DNA from: the human T2T-CHM13v2.0 reference genome, Homo sapiens
Reading direction: 5' to 3' (one strand)
Assembly (NCBI RefSeq): GCF_009914755.1
Contig: NC_060947.1
Length of the DNA: 64,000 nt
Both the position numbers and the translations under genes were made by a program. Shown here in pieces: positions 26,303 through 41,159 of the stretch. Below the pieces are notes generated by a model. The model was not told the origin of the DNA, searched no databases, and was given only the letters and a program-made list of their open reading frames with translations. Every line of letters starts with the position of its first letter. The stretch's first letter is position 1.

Positions 26303-26589
26303 AGAATCTATGTATTATATGCAAAAAGTTACTTTTTTTACACACAAAACTGATACAAGTGGTTACTTTGAATTGGAGAAGGATTGAGGAGGAAGAGAGG
26401 AGGATTATTTATTTATATATGTATTTAAATTTTTTGAAAAATGAGGATGAATTGTTAAATTAACTGATTATTCAATACAGTGATTTTTAAAGTATAAAGT
26501 CAATTATAGAGGTCTAATTTTAAAGAAGTGTGGAGTTTTTCCATTTATTCAGAATTCTCCATATATTTTATATGAATATAAAATAAGCA

Positions 26590-28800
26590 TACATTTATGC
26601 TTATTATGAGTCAGGCAGTGTTAGGCCTGAGTGTACCGTAGTAAATAAGATTTTCTTCTTGGCCTGGCAAAGGTCAGAGTCTGATGGAAGATATAAAGTA
26701 AAGCCAACTTGATTAAGTTTTGTTTGTTAAAGGGCTAAGTGCAAGGTACTAAGCAGATAGAAAGGTCACTTCCAGAGAAAAGGCAAGAGAAGTTAACCAC
26801 AGCAGGGTGCAAAAATGCAATGTAAAGAGTGTTAAAGAGTTTGAACTTTATTCTGAGCACTACGGGAAACTTTTGAAACATTAAAATGGGAAACAGCATA
26901 ATCTTATTCACAATCTAGAAATACAACTCTGGCTGCCACTGGGAGAATACGCTGGAGACAGGAATGGGAGTCCTATCTTTGCATTATGATGATGTACTCT
27001 ATTGTACAGGTATTTAATACGCCCTCATCTACATATTTTTATATTTCAAATGTTTAAAAATACAATGAAATGTTCTAAAATAAGTCAGAGATATTTAGGA
27101 GGTAGTATCAACAATCGACAATCTTTACTGATCTTGATGTGGGATTAAGAAAGTAGGAGCGACGCAGCAAGAATGACACTAAAGCTTCAGTTCCATTCAC
27201 TAATGAGAGGATACAGAAGGAAAAGCAGTGTTGCAGGGAGAAGTTGACGATTTCCATTCTGGACTTACTGGGTTTGATGTATTTCTGAGACATGCAAATG
27301 CAGATGCTGAGTAGATAGCTCAGTTCTGGTGTTTAGGGGAACAATGTGGATTTTCTGTCTTATGAAGGCCTTTAACACCACAGCACAGAAAATTTAACTG
27401 ATAGTGGCTCATAAAACACAGATTTATTTTTCTTACATAAAAACAATTCCAAAGGCAGGTGGCAGGCAACTTCAGGCATTATTTTAGTTGCTCAAACATG
27501 ACATCAAGAACTTTCCTCTCTTAAGGTTTCTGTTCTCTTGTACCAAGAGGGGACTTATTTTATGACTCCTCTTAATGGAAAAGTGGCTGCCGCAGATCCA
27601 GGCATCATGTCTGAGTTCAAAGGATGAAAATGGAAGGGATGGTCTCAACAAGTTTTCCTCTACTTTTACCCAAAAGCTTCCATGCAGACTTCCCTTAAAT
27701 TTTATTGCCTTTAAAGTAGAAGGTGGAAAGGAATAAAGGAAATTGAGAAGAGCAGCCGGGTTACTGAAGCAATAAAATCAGTTTCCTCCCCACCCCCAAA
27801 ATGTAGATGACATTTAAATCTATGGCACTAAGTCTAGGAAAGAGTATAGAGTTAGAAGGTCAAGTGGCAAGGACTCCAAGAAACACCAATATTTAAAGGT
27901 TAAACACCAATATTTAAAGATTTAGCAAAGAAAGTACAGTCTACAAACTAGACTTATAGGGAATGGTCAGATAATTAAGAAGAAAACCCCCAAAAGTGGT
28001 GCCATGAAGGTTAACAAAAGAGAGAACATTAAGAAAGAAGTAGTGCTTAATGGTATCAAATGATGGCTAGAAATAAATTTTAAAATAACTGGAAAAGTTT
28101 CCATCGGATTTCAACACTGGTAACTTTGGTGATATTAGAAAAATCAGTTTCATGTGACTTTGTAGTGGTAGAAGCCAGATTACCGTGGGCTAAAGAGTGA
28201 ATGGGACTTGAGGAATTAAGAATGGAGGTGTAGCAAAAACTTTAAGTTTGCTCCATGGAGATAAGAAAATGTATAGAGTGGAAACTGGAAGGGAAGTGGG
28301 ATTGAGGGATCTGTTTTCAAGATAGAAGAGAAGCGAGAACTTTTTAAGCTTGCTACGGAAATAAGTCATTTGGTGCATTATGCTAAGGATTCAGGTGAGA
28401 GTGGATTACTGATGGAGTGAGGTGTTTAAGGAGTGAGGACAACAGAGGCCAAAGACATTGAAAGAGAGACAAAAAGAAAGATATCTAATGTATGACATTG
28501 GACAAGGCAAGATGAGATATATACAAATAGATATGCATAGGAGAATTTCTTTCAGGATGGCTTGTCTTTATTACGTAGGAGGTGACTTCTAATGAGATAG
28601 TGACTGGGAAGGTTTAAGATGTGGAGGGAAAGTTTGAGATAGCTTCTGTGACAAGGAAGTGAGGGAGAGAAAAAGCTGACTAGGCAAACATAAGATTTGC
28701 AGGTGGTTTTGAGGTCTTAATTCAAGTATGCATCCATAAATTTATAGACTGATCAATCTGTGGAGGTAAATGATATTTCCCATTACTACTTAGCAGCCTG
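26590..28800 (-). mobile_element. Degenerate L2 LINE interrupted by an old MLT1(J/K/L)-like LTR (~27350-27760)
   Basis: Purine-rich antisense L2 motifs (gagtttgaactttattctgag, actctggctgc, gagatatttaggaggtag, gaagccagatt); MLT1-like gtggctgccgcagatccaggcatcatgtc. Confidence 0.6.
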
Positions 28801-29071
28801 AGAGGGAACTGACTTTCTAACCTAATGCCTTCCATAAAATGCTACTCCACTATCTCACTTGATCCACAAGACAGTATCCAAATATTTTCATATGAATTAA
28901 AATGATACAGGCCTACTCTTAATATGGAATACAGAATGGAGTAAACTCAGCAAGTGAGTTTCAGTAATTTAGCATTCTCCTTGTTTCTTTCATTTGCTAT
29001 TAAGTATTTTATCATTATCTTAAAGGTAGAACAGTTTGCATATCAAGATATCTCTAAATAGATTTTCTTTT

Positions 29072-29590
29072 CTTTTTTTTACCAAGGGCATTTTATTTTA
29101 TTTTATTTTATTTTTTTATGTATTATTATTATACTTTAAGTTTTAGGGTACATATGCACAAAGTGCAGGTTAGTTACATATGTACACACGTGCCATGCTG
29201 GTGTGCTGCACCCACTAACTCGTCATCTAGCATTAGGTATATCTCCCAATGCTATCCCTCCACCCTCCCCCCACCCCACAACAGTCCCCAGAGTGTGATG
29301 TTCCCCTTCCTGTGTCCATGTGTTCTCATTGTTCAATTCCCACCTATGAGTGAGAATATGCGGTGTTTGGTTTTTTGTTCTTGCGATAGTTTACTGAGAA
29401 TGATGATTTCCAATTTCAACCATGTCCCTACAAAGGACATGAACTCATCATTTTTTACGGCTGCATAGTATTCCATGGTGTATATGTGCCACATTTTCTT
29501 AATCCAGTCTATCATTGTTGGACATTTGGGTTGGTTCCAAGTCTTTGCTACTGTGAATAATGCCACAATAAACATACGTGTGCGTGTGTC
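29072..29590 (-). mobile_element. 5'-truncated young L1 (L1PA2/3-like), ~0.5 kb, with TSD
   Basis: Near-consensus L1 3'UTR with the GAG-type diagnostic (ctc at 29219-29221, so not L1HS-Ta); TSD agattttctttt at 29060-29071 and 29591-29602. Confidence 0.93.
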
Positions 29591-31229
29591 AGATTTTCTT
29601 TTTGTTTCTTTAGTTGTCTAACTCAGGAATTCCCAAACCTTCATTAGTATGAGAAAAAAGCGTTGCTATTCAAGACTCTATACCCAATACTGTGTAATAG
29701 ATATTTAGTCAGAGGTGTACATTTAACTATGCTTACATTTCACCTTATGCTCTGACACTGTAACTGAACCACTGAATAAGAGTCGATTTCATTGCCAATT
29801 CTAAAAGTCTATTTATTCTTCTAAATCAGCATATTTATTTTGTAAGTCAAATTTATTTTGTAAGTCAAATATGCATTATCTTAGGGGCTAAGAAAAAGAA
29901 ATGGAGAGCTTACAATTAAAATGAAATCATAATGATAAATTATTGGGTAAAAATGAAATCAGTAAAAGAATATTCATTTGTTCACTAATTAAGATATCAA
30001 TTAGCACATTTGTTCCAGGAAGTCTGCTAATCATTGAAAAGTCAGACTGCTTTATAACTCAAGATGACAGGAACCCAAAACAAATGCCGCTGCTCCCCCT
30101 TCAATGTCCATAACAGACATCACCAACTGATTCGAGGCCTCTTTCCCACGCATAACAAACATGACCTCATAATCATTACCAACACAATCCAACAGGCTAC
30201 CACTAGCCATTTATCTGAATTTGGCCTGTTAGATATAATATATTTCTCATCCCTTATCTAGTCAGCTGTATATATGCCAGAATTTAACCTGAATATAAAT
30301 GTGAGGAATATTACAGATTTTTATTAAAATAATTTAGATATTTTAATCCAGAAACACACGTTTCAATTAAGGCGCAGTAATTACATGTACATTACTGTAT
30401 TATAGTAGTATTTGTCTCCTACTTTCTAGGTCATATGCTAAATGTGGCCATATTTTTCTTTCTTTATATCCATCTCATATGTTTACAAAAATGCAGAATG
30501 CAAAGTCATCAGCATGATTAATGCATAGTTTAAAATTTTCCCAGAATATATTCTCTCTCACATATATTCAAGCAGACAAACAAAAATCTAAGAATATATT
30601 AGGCTTCAAAAATTACTGGAAATATTTCTCAGATGTGGCTGTCTTTCCTATTTGTAAAATATAGTGATTGCTAAAATATTTGCTTCTGCACGTAGTAACT
30701 GATGTGTGAGTTATTTTTTTCTGCGTTGGGTTAAGGAATTTTACCTTAAATTGGCTGCTACAACTAGCAAGCCCAAAATACAAGTTTTGTCAAACTGCAC
30801 AGATTACCACACTGCATAGATTATTTTCCACAAGAAGAGTCTTGCAAATAAGGGGAGCTGGTGGATATTTTAAAAGATTACAATGAGATATGACTGTCTA
30901 CAAATAATAGCTACCATTTTTGAGCATAGAAATCATGGTAACCAACTTATGTTTATTATTACATGTAATTTTCACAGTAAACTATCTTATTTAATTATCA
31001 TAATTGCCACATAGCAATCCTGCAACGGGTCCATATAAGCATTTAAGGATGGAAAGCAACTGAAGTTTAGAGTCAAGTTCAACTTACCAAGTAAGTTGTG
31101 TAGTTAGCAATTGAATTTAAATATGGCCTCATGTGATAGTGAATAAGATGAAATATGTTATTCAATAAATATATTCCATTAATCTTAAAATGTAGGTAAA
31201 AATTCACTGTTGCATGTTATCTCATGTCT

Positions 31230-31629
31230 GTCTAGAATCTCCAAATTTTGATCTGGCCCCCCGCATCAGACTACATTCTCTAGAATACCTGGCAGTTAGG
31301 TAGGCTCAAGACATTGGCATGAAACTATTTACGTCATAGCCTTAGAGGCAAAGCTGCTTGCCATAGCCGTTTGCTTTCCTATGTTCTGTAAGCTAGAATT
31401 TGGATGTGGAAGCAACCAAGCCAGAATAGAACACATCAGCTCAGTAGACAGTGAAGCAAGATAGAACAAATCTGGTCTGTAAATGTGCTTGAGGAGCAAT
31501 TCTGTCCTGCCAGCCTGGACAACTCAGTTGTGGCCTGTTTCTCATTTGACAGAGAAACAACATTCTATCTTGTTTAATTCAAGCTAATCTATCATCACTC
31601 TGTTAAAAAGCTGAGCCCTAACTAGTACA
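31230..31629 (+). mobile_element. Old MLT1(I/J/K)-like LTR
   Basis: gactacattct...gcagttagg; ccagcctggac; gagaaacaacattctatcttgttta; ends ctaactagtaca. Confidence 0.5.
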
Positions 31630-32349
31630 GTTTAGTTATTTGACTTTCTTCACTGACACTCTAGCCATACCCACTGTTTTAATTCCAATCCTGATCTCAA
31701 CCCTACCCACATTCTTTTGCTAGAATATCACAATATATTAAAAATACTGAAAATATATGGCAAATTAATATATGAAATGGGAGAAAACAGTCACATTGTA
31801 CTACCATGTGACTGCAGGATACAGGTATGTATTCTACAAGTTGATATAGTATTTGAGAGTACTCCTTCCTGCTTTTTCATGCTTTAACCCAGGTTATTTC
31901 GTTATTTTTTTAAAATCAGAATTTTATTAGTACTTAAACTTTCAAGCATTGCCATATCGTGGGGAAGAGAAAGAGGAGCAGAATCTTCCCTTGTTCTCAA
32001 TCCAGAGTGGAGTCACACACATGAGGAAATAAATACCACCACAGTGTATTCAATAGTAGAGAAAGGAACACAGTCTTATGGGAGAATAAAGAAAGAAAAA
32101 AACACTTACTTATGCTAGGAGGGTTTCCCAGAGGATGTAAAAAAAAGTGAGCTGAATATTAAAGTTTCACTGCCTTCTAGTCCTGGAGTCCAATTTGTTT
32201 TTAAAGCATTCAGGATGCTGGAGAAACTCATGTTTTCTCCTCTTCATCCTGCACATGCTGTGGTATTTGGTTTACCCTCTGCCTCAAAGTATATAAAAAA
32301 AAACCTACCTCTTCTATATACTACATTAGAAAGGGCTTTTTTGATTATG

Positions 32350-33144
<795 letters not shown>

Positions 33145-33149
33145 AATGA

Positions 33150-33717
<568 letters not shown>

Positions 33718-35115
33718 TAAACAGCAAGGATATAAGGCAATGCCTGTGATCAATGTCGAACAGATATTGTCTCTCATCTGGCTTTGTGTTTCAGCTTTAG
33801 CTTTCCCTGAATGTTTCCTTGTAATATCTGCTATTGCCACCCCTGGGCTCTATTCTACTTATCTCTGGAAAAAGAAGCCAGACCAAAAGTAGCCACATCT
33901 ACTGATGAAGAGTTATTACGTAAGGCCACACTCCTAGCCAGAGATGCTCTGAAAGGGCTTGACACAGCTCAGTTTTCTAGTTTATATGTGAAGTGACACT
34001 TCTCCCATGGTGCATTCAGAAGGTTGATACAACTTGCTCACTGGAAGGTTTTGTCAGCTATTAGAGTTACTTTTCCACTGGAGAGCAACAAATATATGGT
34101 GACGTTAATAACTGATGATGCGTCTTTGAAATCAGAGTGAGAGGGAAGAAAGCCAACTGGCAAAAAATAACAAGTATCGACAGCATGGTCCTGCCTTGCC
34201 TGAATTGTCACAAAGCATCAGACTAGAAAAAGGAGCTCAGGCTGCTGGTGAGCATTGTAGTAACAGAGCACATAAATTGGCAACGTATATTTGTCTTACC
34301 TTTGGTGCAAAAAACAAGCTAGCTTCCTTGCTAACAATGGTCTGCGTACTCTTCAGGGCTAAGGGGGAAAATGTGTTCCTGCTGTCAAAAGCAAAAAGAC
34401 AAAATATGAGTTTTACATGATTAACTCAAAACACTTCCCACATCTTAGAACAAGTACTAGATGGATTTTATATCTCTATTTTGATAGCTATATATATTTA
34501 ATATTCATAATTACGTATATGTAGTAAAGGGTTAATATATTTGGGGTAAATACATGACATGCATTATATTTATACAAAATTAACATAATTCATATGTTAA
34601 AGTGTCTCGAGAATTCAGTTACCCCATCCTCCATTCTTGGGTGTTTACATTGATTCAGTTTTTTGTAATGTTGAGCAATGCTATAAGAATCTTTGAATCT
34701 ATATCTCCATTCATATAAGTACAAATATATATATTATTAAATAAATTTAATATATTTTGATAAATCTTATCCCCAAATTTGCCAGTAGATTACACAATGC
34801 CTACCTCTCTACATTCAACATTGGCTTGTTTTCTTTGTTCTTTATCATTGGCAATTTGATCAGTTGAAAATTATAATTTATTGCTGTTTCCATTTGCATT
34901 TCTTTGGTCAAGTGTAAGGCAGTATTTAATTTTGATATTTGTTGATCACTAATATTATTTCCAGTAAACTGTAAGTTTCATTTATTCTGTTATTCCCAAT
35001 ACTTAGCACTATACTAGGTACAAAGTAGCACTCAATAAAAAAAATTTATGTTCCAAATGCTTGTTTAGATCTGTTTTCTTCTACTGCAGAATTTGTAGAC
35101 TTTTTCCTTAATTCT

Positions 35116-35717
35116 TGAGACAGGCTACAGTGGCTACATCTGTCCTTGAGGTTAGGGTCATCTGACCCTGAAGGGGGCTTATCAGGCCCTAACTGGAGAT
35201 AACAATACAAGAGATTTTCCCTGCTGATGAGCAGGCACACTCTCCAAAAATTTACCCTAGAGTAGCCCTTTGCTCATTATAATGGTAAAAAGCACATCCC
35301 TGGTTGGAGATTTTAAATGCTAATGAGACACGTGACATGTATACTAGCATGTACAACCACAGAGCATGTGCATCCAAAGAGATGTCCCAAAACATGCTTG
35401 CAAGTAACATCCCCTCATGCCCCTTCATGAATAATCATTTAAGATTCTCATAAAGAAAGTCCCCCAGCATTAGCTGCTGCTGGTTCATTCTTTTGAGCAG
35501 CCTACTCTGTCTTGTGTTCCAGATTGTACTCTCTCTTTAAATAAACACCACTTCTACTATTTCTCCAGCTGGACCAGCCCAGATCTGTTTTACACTCCTC
35601 TCTAGGAATGTACTTAAACTCTGCTACTTAACCCTTGCTATGAATCTCTTGGCTGCATGTTTTCTTTCAAGTTAGTTCAAGCATTTGAACCTGGGATTCC
35701 CACATGTTCTGGTAACA
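35116..35717 (+). mobile_element. ERV1 (MER4-group, MER66-like) LTR
   Basis: TG...CA ends (tgagacagg...ggtaaca); tgctcattataatggtaaaaagcaca...atgctaatgagaca...tactagcatgtaca; AATAAA near 35540. Confidence 0.7.
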
Positions 35718-36700
35718 GTTTCAGCCAGTTTCAGTGGGTGCCATTGATATCAATGGGCTTCAAATGGTCTCATCTGGTTTCATCTGGTTCTAGCCAATTT
35801 AATCAGGTTTTGGTCAGCGTCAACCAGTTTCATCCAGATTCCAGCCAGCTTCAGCTGGTTTCATCCAGTTTCAGTCAGCTTCAATTAGTCACTACTGGTC
35901 TCATCCAGTTTTGGTTAGAGTCTTTTAGTGACATCCAGTTCCATGCAGTATTGGCCAGTTCCATCCAGTTTGGGCCAGTTTCATCTGGATTCATCTAATT
36001 CCATTGGCTTTCAGCTGGTTTCAGACAACTTCATGCAGTTTCAGCCACTTTCATCTAGTTTCAACAAGTTTCATCCTGTTTCGAATGGTTACATCTAGTT
36101 TCAGCAGACTTCATCCAGTTCCATCCAGTTTCTTCTTGTCACAACTGGTTCCATTCAGCCTCATCCAGTTATAGCCAGTTTTATCTGGCTCCAGCTGGTT
36201 TCTTCCAGTTCCACCCACTTTCTGCTGGTTTCTTCTGGTTTGAGCCAGTTTCAGGTGGCTTCCACAGGTTTCTACTGGTTTCAGCTGTCTTCAAATGGTT
36301 TCAGCCTATTTCAGGTGGTTTTTTTAATCGTTTCAGCTGGCTGCAACTGGAATCATCTGGTTTTGTCTGTTTTCATACTGTATTACCTGGTTTCTACCTG
36401 TTTCAGCCAGCTTCAGCTTGTTTCATCCTTTTCCTCCAGTTCCAGCCAGTTCCATCTGATTTCATGAGGTTTCACCTTGTTTTAGGCAGTTTCATGGATT
36501 TCAAATGCTTTCATCTGGTTTCCTCTGGTTTCTTCTGGTTTCAGCTGATTTCATTCAGATCCATTTAGTTTCAGCCAGCTTCAGCCAGTTGCATCTGAAA
36601 TTCAGCTGGTCTCAGTCAGTTTCAGCTGTTTAATACTAACCTTGTTTTAACTTGTCTCAACTGGTTTCAACTGCATTTGTTGTTTTCAAGCAGTTTCCAC
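35718..36700. repeat. Degenerate 10-bp tandem array, consensus TTTCA(T/G)C(CA/TG)G, about 95-100 units
   Basis: 10-bp period visible in the columns, e.g. tcagctggtt tcatccagtt tcagtcagct. Confidence 0.92.
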
Positions 36701-36711
36701 TTTCCTTAGGT

Positions 36712-36780
36712 CTATATTGTCCAATTCAGTAGCCACTAGCCATATGCAGCTCTTACATTTTTAATTAAAAATTAAATGAA
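36712..36780 (+). mobile_element. MER33/MER3-like hAT fragment
   Basis: tgtccaattcagtagccactagccatatg. Confidence 0.6.
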
Positions 36781-36951
36781 GACTAATATGTATAGCATGT
36801 TATTTGTGCAAAAAACAAATACAAAAATGCCATGAAAAAAATGTTATTCTTCTTAGGTGGTGATTTTTAATTAGAAAATGTTATTTCTCTGTATTTTCTT
36901 CTTTCATTAAAATTAGAATTAACACTTAATACTTGTAAAAATGAATCAATG

Positions 36952-37258
<307 letters not shown>

Positions 37259-37749
37259 AAAAATGAAGCAATGAAGAAGGCAAATTAAAATGCAGTGTTA
37301 GAATGTAAATTTAATACATTAACATTTCCTTGAACTCTTTTTTGTTCATTTTGTGATTTCCAATACTATTAAGGATAGTTTCATCCTCAAAACAAGTGTG
37401 AGCTAAGTGTTCTCTTGGCTGAGCAAAAAGACCCTCTAAAACACACTAATAGGAGTGTAAAATACATTAGTTTATCATCATCAAACTAAAAAAGTTGCAC
37501 ACGTTAAGTGGTGTTGAAAGCACAGGATGAGCAAGACATTGTAGAGCTATCCTCCCACTTTGGTTTGTTTTCCTTGTGAGATGCACTGGATTCTCATGTG
37601 CTCACATCTTAAACCCTGTAGGGTAATTGTGAGCAAGTGGGAATGCCAAAATCAGAATCTGTGCCCAAAGCATACTAAACAGTTCACACAGGGAAAACTA
37701 TGTCTTTCATATTAAAAGTTGGACTGGTACTAAGTTACCACATGATTTC

Positions 37750-37885
37750 TTTATTTTATTTTCAATTGACAAGTGATACTTGTATATATTATATATTTAT
37801 GTGGTACAATGTGAAGTTTTGATAAATGTTCACCTTATGGAATGATTAAACCAAGCTAATTAATAAATCCATCACCTTACACCTG
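37750..37885 (-). mobile_element. L1MA 3' end fragment
   Basis: ggtacaatgtga..ttttgata...ggaatgattaaaccaagctaattaa..atccatcacct. Confidence 0.7.
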
Positions 37886-38084
37886 CAATTTGATATATAA
37901 TGATTCCACCAAGGCTCCCTGAAGAATGAAATATCTTCCTCCAATTTTCAGAACCATTTTTACAATCTATACCAAATAGTGCCTGTTTCATAAGATCAAA
38001 CACATAAGCACCCTTAAGCACATGCATGTGTGTGCATTCACTTAAAACACATACATAAGGAAGAAATATTTTTACTTTCTATCT

Positions 38085-38235
38085 CCTATGACAGGGATTA
38101 ATATCCTTATTTTACAGATTATAAAATCAAGAGTTGGTAAAGGAAATTGTCTTGACTAACGGATTGGTTGTAAGTTACCCAGACCAGACTTAAACCCAAG
38201 TTTCTTGATTCCAAAGGCCATGCTTTCCCCTGCTA
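38085..38235 (-). mobile_element. MIR SINE
   Basis: tatccttattttacagat...acttaaacccaagtttcttgattccaaaggccatgctttc. Confidence 0.55.
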
Positions 38236-40169
38236 ATGTCCTACTAACTCAAGGATCTACAAAGTACATCCTGGTTCTGAAATTCTAAAACTTTTTGACT
38301 ACTTGTTAGATGAGAACTTCAATTTATGCCATATGTTGCTTTCTTGGGGTGAAGAGTCAAGGTAAGAGGAGAGCAATTAATCAGCCATGGTGTAACCACT
38401 AAGGATTTGGTAGGTATATCTCAAGTAGTAGGATCAAGTCCAACATCATCACACTATGGGAGCTATGACTCTCTGTTCACCGTAGTGTCTGCATTAGTGA
38501 TCCCATAAGTAGGAAACATAATTTCCAGCTCGTAAGAATGTAGTTAGCATGACCATATATATTCAAATGTATTTAAATAAATGTCTGTTGCTTTTACTTT
38601 TGACAAGTTTCATATTGCTCCACCAATGGAAACTGACAAAAGAACATAAATTTAGACTTGGCGAAGAGCAAAGTAGTCTTAATAGTTAAATTAACTTTAT
38701 GCTGCAAAGTTCTTTTCTCCATGGAAAATTTTCTGAGTCATCCAGGCCCTGGAACTTTGAAAATTCCTTTTCAATAAAGCACCAGAGCAATTCTGTTGCC
38801 CCCAAGTTCTTGATAACCTACTTAATAAAGCACAGTTTTTCTGAGGTAAAACTACATTTCTGAGTTCTCATTTTCCCTGTGTTTTCTACTGTGAAGTTCT
38901 AAGTGGATATATAACAGTTTACTGGTGCTGTAGTGCTCTTCTGAGGAGCCAGGGACCTTCTGAAACTGCTAGGTTTCATCACAAAGAGGATTACAATAGA
39001 TTTATTGTACATAGGAAGTGAGTTATAAAGTGTTTTCTGTTAGGCATCATTTTAACTGAGACTCTTTCTTGAAAATTTGGTGTTGGCAGAAAAGAACACT
39101 CTCGCCTGAATGAACAAATTATTTTTCTGAGCCTAGGTTTTCCCATAAACTCAGTCTTCCTTGAAGAGTTATCGATTTACTTCTTGGCTTATGAATCACT
39201 AGTAAGACTAAAAGAATCAAAAGAAAAATTAAAAACATATACTTCAAAGTAAACAAAGAGCTGAATTTTTTTATTCACTTTGATACGACTGTGCTTAGAG
39301 AAAGCCCAGGACTAGCTATGTAGCCATTATTTGAATAATTTAGTTCCTGGAGTAATCAATCAGATCCCTCCCTAGAAAAAACAACCATTATTGACAAAAG
39401 GGTAAAATGTGGGCAATATTTTGTAGGAATCAATGTCCATTATATTTCTGGGAACTTAAATATGTGTATTAAAATATTATTCATAATCAAATCAGGAAAT
39501 AAATGTGTTTAGTCCCAAGGCCATGCTAGTGTGCAGCCCAGAACAATTTTCGCAAATTTAAGACATGAGTTAAAAAAGCATTCATATCTCTTACCTAGAA
39601 TGCTTACATAACCGATTTTATTAATTTTTAAACACAATGGAAAGCACACTGGTTGTTCTGTTTCTTAAATACTTCCAGGTTCGGGATGTGTGCAAATGCT
39701 TTTTTCTCCTGCCTGAAATGTTGTTACCCAATGCTTGTTGTCTCCATGTTGTGACTTACATTATGGATATTAAAGAAGCCTTCTCTGTTTCAGTATTGCC
39801 ATCCTACCCCCACTTCCATTATTTTTGTAACATTTGTTTTCCCCTCATATTACTTACAAGTTCTGTATGTATTCTATCTATTTGTTTTCTTGTTTACTTG
39901 TTGTGGCTCCCTTTAGGGTATAGCATCCATGAAGCTATTGTATGTCAAGTGTAAGTTGATTTACCATGAAGCCAGTAAAGTTAAGCTTCAGAGGTACTTG
40001 CTTGACTTACATTTGTATGTTTATATTATTACTGTTTTAAGAGGGCTCCCCAACTTAAAAAGTATTGGGGCCCCAAAATCTGGATTTGCCTTGACCATAG
40101 ACAGATACACTCTAAGTTTACCCCTAGTGGATCATGCCTTTGTATAATTCCTTCCCCTTAATGCAGTAT

Positions 40170-40400
40170 GAGCAAATATAGGCAATGTGAAATTTTATAG
40201 TTGAGCAGACCTGAAGTTTAGCTGTGGCCCTATCTCTTCTGAGTTAAGTAATGCAGTGCAATCAAAGCCCACCTGGGCATGTGTTTCCAAACCTATGAAA
40301 TTGAGATAATATTATTACTTTGGATAGTTATAAAGAATTAGAGATATGTACAAAGAGATTGGCATATAGCAGGTATCTGTATATGTTTATTGCTGTTATT
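40170..40400 (+). mobile_element. MIR SINE
   Basis: cagacctgaagttt...tgtttccaaacctatgaaattgagataat...ttggcatatagcaggta. Confidence 0.5.
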
Positions 40401-40992
40401 ATTTATTATTACATGATTGATATAGAATAGCTTTCTAGCATGATGTCATATTTACTTCTGGCTAGAATTCTTTCTATTCAGAAAGAGAATTGAAGGTCTA
40501 AAAGTTGTGTTTTTCTGAGGGATTTCAAATGACCAGGAGGCATCCTAGCCAAAGGAGCCTCTTAAATCAGAAGAAAGGGATAAACCACACACTCAGAATT
40601 TCAGGCTAACCTTGAAAGAAGTAGAGACTGCTAGTCTTCACCTCCCTCCAGCACAGGGATGGGATATGATTCTGAGGGAAAAGATGTAGGACAGTATACC
40701 ATGGAACTCCTATAAAATGCTTTGGTTATATTATATTACTATATTTATATAAAGCAATAGAATATATTATAATTATATAAAATAGACTATGTTGCAATAT
40801 TATGTATATGACATAATGCATAAATTATGTATATATATTCTTACCCGATTCATTACATATATCATATTTATATACATGTAAATATGCCGAAAATATTTCC
40901 TCTTGTTAACCTTCAAAAAGACGAGTTATTATTTTTATTGTATGAAGGAAAATGCATTCTAAAAGTAGCTTCAACATAGCACATACTTTGAC

Positions 40993-41159
40993 CAGAGCCA
41001 CCTTCATGGGCGTGCTACCTGTGCTATATCATGCTTAGAAGGCCCCATGCTTGCTTTAAAGCTCTGCCGTCACTAACTTGAAATCCTTAATAATTTTTGA
41101 ACAAGAGGTTCCACGTTTTCATTTTTAACTGGACCTGGCAAATTACATAGCTGATCCTG
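40993..41159 (+). mobile_element. MER91A hAT-Tip100 MITE
   Basis: cagagccaccttcatgggcgtgc..cctgtgc...cttgaaatccttaataatttttgaacaag...caaattacatagctgatcctg. Confidence 0.8.

Noticed and set aside
29118-29575. Possible polymorphic L1HS-Ta insertion or coding ORFs
   Set aside because: Carries the older GAG diagnostic plus several private substitutions; the ORFs are the L1 ORF2 C-terminus and its antisense.
27881-29871. Small tandem duplications (21 bp at 27881, 18 bp at ~29833; others near 14971, 17413 and 55066)
   Set aside because: Ordinary slippage duplications with no further structure.
35657-36467. S/F/Q/L/V-rich ORFs (113 and 75 aa) as a repetitive protein
   Set aside because: They derive from a 10-bp-period array that does not preserve frame, with no splice or codon evidence.
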